A model generated the notes under the pieces. That model was given only the letters and a program-made list of their open reading frames with translations. It was not told the origin of the DNA and ran no database searches. The position numbers were made by a program, and so were the translations under genes. DNA of 32,000 nt from Halomicrobium mukohataei DSM 12286 (GTDB lineage: Archaea; Halobacteriota; Halobacteria; Halobacteriales; Haloarculaceae), in the NCBI RefSeq assembly GCF_000023965.1, contig NC_013202.1, forward strand, positions 1,860,001-1,892,000, read 5' to 3'. Positions within the stretch are counted from its first letter, which is position 1. Every line of letters starts with the position of its first letter. Of this stretch, positions 25,578 through 32,000 are shown piece by piece.

Positions 25578-25951
25578 GTTTCTTTTCTGACCTCCGACCA
25601 GAGGTTTTCGAGGCGTTCGTCCGGCGTCCGAGGCCGGTGAGAGATCTCCACTTCGAACGTCCGGTCGTCGTCCAGCGAGATGACGACGTCTTCGAAGCTG
25701 ATCGCGTAGCGGCTGGCGTGTTGCCCGTCCGGACGCACCTCGACGCCCTCGTGGAGCAGCGACGCCTCCGTGAGCAGTTCGAGCTTTCGGTAGGTCGTCG
25801 ATAGCGGTACGCCGCTTGCCTCCGCGATCTCGCTGGCTGTCATCGGCTCTTCCAGGACGCTGACGATCGCCCGACAGTCCTCGTCGTCCAGCGCGTCGAG
25901 CACGTCCTCTAGCGCCGGCGACAACTCGTCTTCGAACGGGTCCCGGACCAT
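25574..25951 (-). CDS. ArsR-like winged helix-turn-helix transcriptional regulator
   Basis: 125 aa counted from ATG 25951. 'DCRAIVSVLEEPMTASEIAEASGVPLSTTYRKLELLTEASLLHE' is a wHTH. A TATA-like 'GTTTTACC' on the gene strand (25978-25985) lies about 31 nt upstream. Confidence 0.7.
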   Translation of the reverse strand: MVRDPFEDELSPALEDVLDALDDEDCRAIVSVLEEPMTASEIAEASGVPLSTTYRKLELLTEASLLHEGVEVRPDGQHASRYAISFEDVVISLDDDRTFEVEISHRPRTPDERLENLWSEVRKET

Positions 25952-26058
25952 CCGTGACAGAGTCTCACCTGTGGAGGGGTAAAACAGCACCGACACGGAC
26001 TGACGAGTTCGGCCGCCATACTGCGGCTCTTGTCGGTATCGCCGCCGCCCGCGCCGAC

Positions 26059-26074
26059 GGCGAACATGTTCGCC
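26059..26074. promoter_or_regulatory. Perfect 16-bp palindrome GGCGAAC-AT-GTTCGCC upstream of norB
   Basis: It has the same CGAAC-N2-GTTCG core (26061-26072). 65 nt separate it from norB ATG 26138, and about 109 nt separate it from the divergent regulator's start at 25951. Confidence 0.6.
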
Positions 26075-26137
26075 CCGTCGCCCGGTGCTGGGAACCCGAC
26101 GCGGATTGATGTATTCGGTCGGCCAATCGCCACCTGT

Positions 26138-28426
26138 ATGCAAGTACAACGTGCGACGATCGCGAAGATCATCGCGGTGGTCTTCGTGTTCAATCTGATC
26201 GTCATGGGTGGTGGTGCCTGGCTCGCGTACCAGTCGGCACCGCCGATTCCCGACGAAGTCGTCGGACCCGACGGCGACACGATCGTGACCGGACAGGAGA
26301 TCAGAGACGGCAAGAAGGCGTTCCAGAAGGACGGGCTGATGAACCACGGCTCGATCCTGGGCAACGGTGCGTACTACGGGCAGGACTACACTGCGGACAC
26401 GCTGGACCTGAAGGTCCAGCACATGCGGGACTACTACGCCCAGGAGCGCCACGACAGCGCGTACGACGCCCTCGAAAGCGACGAGCAGGCCGCCGTCGCC
26501 GACGTGGTCGAGCGGGACCTCGACGGCGAGTACGACGGCGGCCCGATCGAGTACTCCGCGGCGGAGGCCTACGCTCACGAGCAGGTCCGCCAGGAGTACG
26601 TCGAACGCTACCACGAGGGCGACCACGAGCGCGGCGTGCCCGTCGACATGATCGACAGCGAGGAGGCGGCCCGCCAGTTCGCGGACTTCGCGCTGTGGAC
26701 GGCGTGGTTCTCCCACACCGATCGACCGGGTGGCGACCACTCCTACACGAACGACTGGCCCTTCCAGCCCGGTGCCGGTAACGACGCGACGGCGGCGGCG
26801 ATGACCTGGAGCGTCATCGCGATGGTCCTGCTGGTCGCGGGGGCCGGCTTCGGCGTCTGGCTGTACAAGTCGATCTCCCTCCCCGAACCGTCCGCGAAGG
26901 GAATTTCCGTCCCCGAACCCGGCGACGTGAAGGTGTTCCCCAGCCAGCGGGCCGCCTTGCGCTTCGTGCCGGTCGCCGCCGGACTCTTCCTGGCACAGGT
27001 GTTGTTGGGCGGGTTACTGGCGCACTTCTACATCGAACGCGCCGGCTTCTTCGGCGTCGAAGAGATATTCGGCGTCCACATCCTCCAGCTCCTCCCCTTC
27101 GCCATCGCGAAGACCTGGCACATCGACCTGGGGATCCTCTGGATCGCCGCGACGTGGCTCGGGGCCGGACTGTTCCTTCCGCCGCTGCTGACGGGCCACG
27201 AACCGGATCGCCAGTCGACGTACGTCAACGGGCTGTTGGCGGCGATCGTCGTGGTCGTCGTCGGCGGTCTCGGCGGGATCTGGCTCGGCTCCAAGGGGTA
27301 CATCGACGGCAGCCTCTGGTGGATCCTGGGCAACGAGGGCCTGGAGTACCTCGAAGTCGGGAAGCTCTGGCAGTTCGGCATCCTCGCGGGCTTCCTCATC
27401 TGGGCCGTCCTCTCGGTTCGGGGCCTGAAGCCGCTGCTCGATAGGGAACCCAGCTACGGGCTCGCACACATGATTCTCTATGCCGGCGGCTCGATCGCCC
27501 TGCTCTTTACCGCGGGCTTCCTCTTTACCCCGGACACCAACATCGCCGTCACGGAGTTCTGGCGCTGGTGGGTCGTTCACATGTGGGTCGAAGGGGCCTT
27601 CGAGTTCTTCATCGTCGCCATCATCGGGCTGACGCTGGTGTCGATGAATCTCCTGAAGCGCCGCAGCGCCGAGAAGGCGGTCATGCTCCAGGCGCTGCTG
27701 GTGATGTCGACCGGCGTCATCGGCGTCTCCCATCACTACTGGTGGATCGGGATGCCCGATATCTGGGTGCCCATCGGGAGCGTCTTCTCGACGCTGGAGC
27801 TGATCCCGCTGGTGTTCATCCTCTACGAGGCACTGGGCCAGTACCGCGCTATGACCGGGGCCGGCGAGAGCTTCCCCTACCGGCTCCCGTTCATGTTCAT
27901 CATCGCCAGCGGCGTCTGGAACTTCGTCGGCGCTGGGGTGCTGGGCTTTTTCATCAACCTTCCGTTGATCAACTACTACGAGCACGGCACCTACCTCACC
28001 GTCGGCCACGCCCACGCCGCGATGTTCGGGGCCTTCGGCTTCCTCGCGCTGGGGATGGTCACGTACATGCTACAGATCGCCATCGAACCCGACCGCTGGG
28101 ACGGCACCTGGCTTCGCTACGCCTTCTGGTGCTGGAACGTCGGGCTGGCGCTAATGGTGTTCGTCTCCGTGCTGCCGGTGGGCTTCCTCCAGCTGGAGAC
28201 GATCTTCACCGGGAGCTACGCGGCCGGCCGGAGCCTGGCGTTCTACAACCAGCCGATCGTCCAGACCCTGTTCTGGGCTCGTCTGCCCGGTGACACGCTG
28301 ATGATCCTGGGGACGGCAATCTACGCGGCCGACATCGTGCGCAAACGGTTCGTCCTCCGAAAGACCGCGGCGGATCCGGACATCGACGACGTCGCCGTCG
28401 CGAAAGGCGTCCTCGACGACGACTAA
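26138..28426 (+). CDS. norB: Quinol-dependent nitric oxide reductase (single-subunit qNOR, NorB/NorZ)
   Basis: 762 aa counted from ATG 26138. An N-terminal TM helix is followed by a periplasmic domain ('GKKAFQKDGLMNHGSILGNGAYYGQDYTAD') and then an HCO subunit I-like core ('HMWVEGAFEFF', 'HHYWWIG', 'TVGHAHAAMFGAFG'). The length and architecture are typical of qNOR. Confidence 0.85.
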   Translation: MQVQRATIAKIIAVVFVFNLIVMGGGAWLAYQSAPPIPDEVVGPDGDTIVTGQEIRDGKKAFQKDGLMNHGSILGNGAYYGQDYTADTLDLKVQHMRDYYAQERHDSAYDALESDEQAAVADVVERDLDGEYDGGPIEYSAAEAYAHEQVRQEYVERYHEGDHERGVPVDMIDSEEAARQFADFALWTAWFSHTDRPGGDHSYTNDWPFQPGAGNDATAAAMTWSVIAMVLLVAGAGFGVWLYKSISLPEPSAKGISVPEPGDVKVFPSQRAALRFVPVAAGLFLAQVLLGGLLAHFYIERAGFFGVEEIFGVHILQLLPFAIAKTWHIDLGILWIAATWLGAGLFLPPLLTGHEPDRQSTYVNGLLAAIVVVVVGGLGGIWLGSKGYIDGSLWWILGNEGLEYLEVGKLWQFGILAGFLIWAVLSVRGLKPLLDREPSYGLAHMILYAGGSIALLFTAGFLFTPDTNIAVTEFWRWWVVHMWVEGAFEFFIVAIIGLTLVSMNLLKRRSAEKAVMLQALLVMSTGVIGVSHHYWWIGMPDIWVPIGSVFSTLELIPLVFILYEALGQYRAMTGAGESFPYRLPFMFIIASGVWNFVGAGVLGFFINLPLINYYEHGTYLTVGHAHAAMFGAFGFLALGMVTYMLQIAIEPDRWDGTWLRYAFWCWNVGLALMVFVSVLPVGFLQLETIFTGSYAAGRSLAFYNQPIVQTLFWARLPGDTLMILGTAIYAADIVRKRFVLRKTAADPDIDDVAVAKGVLDDD

Positions 28427-28558
28427 CCGGGCCTTACCGCCGCTCTTTCGCGTGCTACTTCCGGGTGGATTTCGACGCGCTCCCGTCGGTACGATCTCTC
28501 TGCTGACAGGATAAGCAAGGGTTAAACGGGTCGAAAGCATACGGGTGCTAACCCTTCG

Positions 28559-29332
28559 ATGACCACCGACGATCTCGGGGCCGTTCCCGAGTCGCCCGAC
28601 GCACTGCTTGCCGACCCCCGCATTCGCACCGATCACTTCCGGCTCCTCGAAGATCCGGACGGAGCCGTCCTCCTGATCGGCGTCGTCCACGACCACCCTG
28701 CCAGCGTCTACCGTGTCGACAGCGCGATCCGGGCGCTCGATCCCGACACGGTCGCGGTCGAACTCCCGCCACTGGCACTGCCGCTGTTCGAAGCGGGCGG
28801 CGAGGGAGAGATGAGCGCCGCACTCGCCGCGACCGACGCCGACAGCGCGGCGATCGACGCTCACGGCCCCCGGTTCCTGGCGGCGCTGGTCGACGAGATC
28901 CGCGACCGCTCGCCCGACGGTGAGACGCTCGCTCGAATCGCCTCCAACGCGCTCGCGGTCGGCCGGCAGGCACTGTCCTGTCGTCTCGCGAGCGTCTTCG
29001 GTCGCGATCGGTTCCCGACGCCACTGGCCGACGGGGGGATCGACCTCGACGTCGAGCGGCCGGGCGATCCCGCGACCGTCGCCGAACACGAACGCCGACA
29101 CCTCTCGCGGAGCTTCTCGGTCCTGCGAGCCTTCGAGCGCCCGGCGGCCGACGAGATCGTCGACGCCGCTCGCGAGCGCACGATGGCGCGGGCGTTGGCC
29201 GGAACCGACGGGACCGCAGTCGCCGTCGTCGGCTTCGAACACCTCGACGGGATCGTCGCGGAACTGCGGGATCGCGGAGCCACGTCGCTGTCCGTCGACG
29301 CAGCGAGTCTGTGCGAGTACGCGGAAAAATAG
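28559..29332 (+). CDS. TraB/GumN-like family protein
   Basis: 257 aa. 'LLIGVVHDHPASVYRVDSAIRALDPDTVAVELP' resembles the TraB 'GTAHVS..S...V...I....PD.VAVEL' N-terminal signature, and 'AVVGFEHLDGI' occurs near the C-terminus. Confidence 0.55.
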   Translation: MTTDDLGAVPESPDALLADPRIRTDHFRLLEDPDGAVLLIGVVHDHPASVYRVDSAIRALDPDTVAVELPPLALPLFEAGGEGEMSAALAATDADSAAIDAHGPRFLAALVDEIRDRSPDGETLARIASNALAVGRQALSCRLASVFGRDRFPTPLADGGIDLDVERPGDPATVAEHERRHLSRSFSVLRAFERPAADEIVDAARERTMARALAGTDGTAVAVVGFEHLDGIVAELRDRGATSLSVDAASLCEYAEK

Positions 29333-29410
29333 CCGTCCCGGACGCGACCGGGAGGGCAGTAGCAGCGTCACCGGCTACTGCGGTGGGGGTTCACTGGGAT
29401 CCGAGTGTAA

Positions 29411-29653
29411 TCAGGGATTGCGCTTGATATGCACCTCGTCGTCCGATATCTGGGACACCTCCGAGTGATTGAGCTCGTACACGTCTTCGCTGTCCGATGT
29501 CCAGCCCAGTTTGCTCCGGATGCTCTGGTTCAGTGAGGACTCGGGCTTGACGTGCGCGTTGCTTCCTTTGATGTCTTCGATCGTACCGACCATATTGCCG
29601 TCGGCTGTCAGTACGTCCTTGCCTCTGTCTTCGGCCATGAAGTCTCGTGGCAT
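29411..29653 (-). CDS. PRC-barrel domain protein (80 aa)
   Basis: Trimmed to ATG 29653 ('MPRDFMAEDRGKDVLTADGNMVGTIEDIKGSNAHVKPE'), the typical small haloarchaeal PRC-barrel pattern. An alternative ATG is at 29638. Confidence 0.65.
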   Translation of the reverse strand: MPRDFMAEDRGKDVLTADGNMVGTIEDIKGSNAHVKPESSLNQSIRSKLGWTSDSEDVYELNHSEVSQISDDEVHIKRNP

Positions 29654-29710
29654 GGTAAACCGCCGTCCCGGGGTCGCCGGGCGGCAACCGTTGAGTGACA
29701 CCAGCCCGCA

Positions 29711-29732
29711 TTAAGTATAAATTCGTTATTTT
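29711..29732. promoter_or_regulatory. AT-rich TATA-like block in a divergent intergenic region
   Basis: 'TTAAGTATAAATTCGTTATTTT' is the most AT-rich stretch I saw in the window. It could serve the PRC-barrel gene on the minus strand, a plus-strand transcript toward 29912, or both. Confidence 0.35.
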
Positions 29733-29790
29733 CCCAGCTCTCCTCTCGATATCTGTCCCTTTTCGCCGCTCCGCTGACCGTCTCATACCG

Positions 29791-29815
29791 CCGATCCTAC
29801 CGATCGTAGGATCGG
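29791..29815. promoter_or_regulatory. 9-bp-stem inverted repeat CCGATCCTA-(7 nt)-TAGGATCGG, followed by CTTTTC
   Basis: The arms at 29791-29799 and 29807-29815 are perfectly complementary, and T4 follows at 29817-29820. It lies in the long untranslated region upstream of the PaaB-like gene. It could be an operator or an attenuator/terminator-like structure. Confidence 0.4.
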
Positions 29816-29911
29816 CTTTTCGCCGTCCGTCTCCCGAACCGGTGCGTCCCCGTTCCCAGCCGGTGGGAACGCGGTCCCCCGGTTTTGTGGGTCGGGTCGT
29901 AACTGTTCAGT

Positions 29912-30181
29912 ATGCCAGACGACCCCCTGTCAGTCACCGTCGACGAACCGCGGGACGCTGTCTCTCGGGAGTGGGAACTGTTCGTCCGCGAGCACGAGTC
30001 GGACCCGCTCACGCACGCGGGCAGCGTCAGCGCGCCGTCGGCCGACATCGCCCGCGAACAGGCTCGGCAGCTGTTCGACTGGAGCGCCGAGGCGCTGTGG
30101 CTCTGTCCCGCCGAGGCGGTCGAGCGGTGCCAGACCGAGCGTGCCTCGGCCGTCGCCGCCACGGAGGTCGACGAGGCGTGA
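29912..30181 (+). CDS. PaaB-like small protein (89 aa), radical-SAM-partnered
   Basis: 'REWELFVREHESDPLTHAGSVSAPSADIAREQARQLFDWSAEALWLCPAEAV' parallels the PaaB pattern 'W.l.EVFVR......H.H.GS..A.......AR..Y.RR.....IWVV'. Its TGA at 30179-30181 overlaps the downstream GTG at 30178-30180. Confidence 0.65.
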   Translation: MPDDPLSVTVDEPRDAVSREWELFVREHESDPLTHAGSVSAPSADIAREQARQLFDWSAEALWLCPAEAVERCQTERASAVAATEVDEA

Positions 30182-31401
30182 TCTCCGTCAGCAAACTCCT
30201 CTGTGACCTCGACGCAGAGGGCGACGGGCTGCGCTACGACGCGGCCGAGGACTCTCGGAAAGAACAGATCCGCGACCGCAAGCAGCGCCGGCCGGTCGTC
30301 GTCTGGAACGTCACCAAGCAGTGCAATCTCTACTGTGACCACTGTTACGCCGCCGCCGACACCGAGGTCGCCGACGGCGAGCTGTCGACGGCCGAAGGGA
30401 AGGCGATGCTCGACGGGCTGGCCGACTACGGCGTCCCCGTCGTCCTCTTTTCTGGCGGCGAACCGCTCGTTCGGGACGACCTCGAAGAGCTGATTGCCTA
30501 CGCCGACGAACGCGGCGTTCGTCCGGTGCTCTCGACCAACGGCACGCTCATCACCGAGGACCGGGCCCGCTCGCTCCGGGACGCCGGTCTGAAGTACGCC
30601 GGTGTCTCCGTCGACGGTCTCCCCGAGCGCAACGACGCCTTCCGGGGGAAAGAGGGCGCGTTCGACGCCGCCGTCCGGGGGATCCGCAACTCCCTGGACG
30701 CGGGCCTCAAGACCGGCCTGCGGTACACGATCACAGAACGCAACGCGCCGGACCTCACGGGCGTCGTCGACTTGCTCAGCGACAAGGGGCTCGATCGCTT
30801 TTGCTTCTATCACCTCGACTACGGCGGACGGGGGACGGAGATCCTCGACGCCGACCTGACGCCCGAACAGCGCCGCGACGCCGTCGAGACGGTCTGTGAC
30901 GTGACCCGGGACTACCACGAGCGCGGCGAGGAGATCGAGACGCTGCTGGTCGGCAACTACGCCGACGCCGCTTACATCGTCGAGTACGCGCGCGAACACT
31001 ACGGCGAGGCCAAGGCCCGCACCGTCTACGAGTACCTCCGGACCAACGGCGGCGATCCCACGGGCGAACGGGTCGCCGACGTGGACTACCAGGGTAACGT
31101 CCATCTCACGCAGTTCTGGCAGAACTACTCGCTTGGCAACGTCCGGGACCGCTCCTTCGGCGCGATCTGGGAGGACGAGTCGAACCCCCTGCTCTCGGCG
31201 CTCCGGGACCGCGAGTCTCGCCTGACCGGGAAGTGCGCCGACTGTGCGTACAAGGAGGTCTGTCGCGGGGGCTCCCGCCTGCGCGCGCTGACCGTCGAGA
31301 ACGACCTCTTCGCCCCCGATCCGCAGTGTTACCTCACCGACGAGGAGATCCAGACGCCACCGCCCGCGATGCCCGATACGGGCGCGGGGACGGCGGACTG
31401 A
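30178..31401 (+). CDS. Radical SAM/SPASM-domain enzyme, NirJ/AhbC/AhbD-like
   Basis: 407 aa counted from GTG 30178. It has the 'VVWNVTKQCNLYCDHCY' CxxxCxxC cluster motif, 'VLFSGGEPLVRDD', and a C-terminal SPASM-type Cys cluster ('GKCADCAYKEVCRGGSRLRA...DPQCYL'). Confidence 0.8.
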   Translation: MISVSKLLCDLDAEGDGLRYDAAEDSRKEQIRDRKQRRPVVVWNVTKQCNLYCDHCYAAADTEVADGELSTAEGKAMLDGLADYGVPVVLFSGGEPLVRDDLEELIAYADERGVRPVLSTNGTLITEDRARSLRDAGLKYAGVSVDGLPERNDAFRGKEGAFDAAVRGIRNSLDAGLKTGLRYTITERNAPDLTGVVDLLSDKGLDRFCFYHLDYGGRGTEILDADLTPEQRRDAVETVCDVTRDYHERGEEIETLLVGNYADAAYIVEYAREHYGEAKARTVYEYLRTNGGDPTGERVADVDYQGNVHLTQFWQNYSLGNVRDRSFGAIWEDESNPLLSALRDRESRLTGKCADCAYKEVCRGGSRLRALTVENDLFAPDPQCYLTDEEIQTPPPAMPDTGAGTAD

Positions 31402-31412
31402 CTTCGCCCTCG

Positions 31413-32000
31413 CTATTTTACCGCCCGGAGCGTCGTCGGGGCGTCCCCGGTCGTCACTTCTACGTCGTCGAAACCGGCGCTGCGGAACACGTCTGCGAGC
31501 TTGTCCGGGTCGTGAAACCGACCGTTGAACACTGTCCCTATCTTCGCTTCCGATGCACGGTTCTTGTCTCGCAGGGTGAACAGGTACGTCGTCGTATAGT
31601 GTCCTTCCGGGGAGGTGAGTGCAGTCGTCGCGTGACGCTTGACCGTGTATCGCTCTGATTCGACAGCCTCGACTGTTCTGTTCCCGTTCGCTACGTCCTC
31701 AGTAAACGGTTGAAAGAACGTTCCGAACGCACCTCCCTCTCGGAGACTGTCGTAGGTGTTCACGGCGAGTGCTTGGAGATCTTCGTCTCTAGTGAGGTGG
31801 AGTAGTCCACCCATCAGGACCGCCGTATCGAACGTTCGTCCGTGATCTGTGGCACACCAGTCGGTGAAATCCGCCCTCTTCAGGTCCGCGGTGGTCACTT
31901 TCTCTCTTGCCACCGCGAGCATCGATTCGTCGCTGTCGACGCCCAGCACTTCGTCGTACTCGTCCTCGATCCGTGCGAGCAGAGGGCCGGTGCCACACCC
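31413..32000 (-). CDS. Class I SAM-dependent methyltransferase, N-terminus beyond the window edge
   Basis: The frame stays open through 32000. Translating 31950-32000 on the minus strand gives 'GCGTGPLLARIEDEYDE', which is methyltransferase motif I, followed by 'VLGVDSDESML'. The ORF-track start at 31949 is an internal GTG. Confidence 0.7.
   Translation of the reverse strand, partial: GCGTGPLLARIEDEYDEVLGVDSDESMLAVAREKVTTADLKRADFTDWCATDHGRTFDTAVLMGGLLHLTRDEDLQALAVNTYDSLREGGAFGTFFQPFTEDVANGNRTVEAVESERYTVKRHATTALTSPEGHYTTTYLFTLRDKNRASEAKIGTVFNGRFHDPDKLADVFRSAGFDDVEVTTGDAPTTLRAVK

Noticed and set aside
26066-26137. norB starting at the in-frame ATG inside the palindrome (26066) or at the TTG at 26030.
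   Set aside because: I provisionally rejected both in favour of ATG 26138, which leaves a short N-terminus before TM1 and keeps the palindrome intergenic. The sequence alone does not exclude them.
29336-29381. Two small hairpins (TCCCGG-6 nt-CCGGGA at 29336-29353 and GCAGTAGC-10 nt-GCTACTGC at 29356-29381) between the convergent TraB-like and PRC-barrel genes, considered as terminators.
   Set aside because: No adjacent oligo-T tract is present on either strand. Short GC-rich hairpins are common by chance at this composition, so I did not call a terminator.
29865-29878. GGGAAC-GC-GGTCCC upstream of the PaaB-like gene as a seventh member of the palindrome set.
   Set aside because: It mismatches both half-sites and has a different distance to the start codon (about 33-34 nt). 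It is too weak to count, and is mentioned only as part of the structured upstream region.
30469-30522. Two CGAAC-N5-GTTCG inverted repeats (about 30469-30483 and 30508-30522) inside the radical SAM gene, and an N0 version CGAACGTTCG at 31829-31838 inside the methyltransferase gene.
   Set aside because: The spacer lengths are wrong (5 or 0 nt instead of 2) and both are in coding sequence. They are explained by codons for 'EPLVR', 'ERGVR' and similar peptides.
1-32000. I searched for mobile-element genes, CRISPR arrays, rRNA, inteins, toxin-antitoxin pairs and recognisable defence-system genes.
   Set aside because: I saw no transposase, integrase or Cas-like translations, and no spacer-repeat arrays. 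The only repeats found are the 82-nt hairpin pair and the 51-nt coding duplication.

Overview
This is a GC-rich chromosomal segment that looks haloarchaeal (class Halobacteria). The predicted proteins are strongly acidic, PGF-CTERM sorting signals sit next to an archaeosortase, Tat/lipobox signals are present, and TATA-like boxes lie about 25-31 nt upstream of several start codons. Many adjacent genes overlap by ATGA or GTGA. I support about 40 genes.

- **1-16.6 kb, mostly housekeeping:** a 5'-truncated surface glycoprotein followed by archaeosortase A, diphthine synthase, a Trm5-like methyltransferase, tRNA-Thr(CGU), a geranylgeranyl-reductase-family flavoprotein, cytochrome oxidase subunit III, RpoL, HisF and PurL. 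Small accessory insertions interrupt this set, including a tandem pair of zinc-ribbon/TM/CAP-like paralogs and a membrane protein coupled to a tail-anchored C2H2 zinc finger.
- **16.8-31.4 kb, a respiratory/NO-related island:** a Tat-lipoprotein two-domain multicopper oxidase, a DUF4097 lipoprotein, a cytochrome oxidase subunit I with no subunit II gene beside it, quinol-type nitric oxide reductase (qNOR), an ArsR-like regulator with a small membrane partner, a TraB-like protein, a PRC-barrel protein, and a PaaB-like small protein coupled to a radical SAM/SPASM enzyme.

The best candidate for an undescribed system is a set of six intergenic CGAAC-N2-GTTCG palindromes. Five are perfect, and all but the norB copy lie 37-39 nt from a start codon. 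They link coxA, norB and three operons of small uncharacterised proteins (two DUF2249, two cupins, a DUF59-like protein, a GlutR-dimerisation-like protein and an NnrS-like membrane protein) into one putative low-oxygen/NO regulon.

An 82-nt long-hairpin repeat occurs twice, each time between convergent genes. No CRISPR array, rRNA, transposase or integrase was seen.
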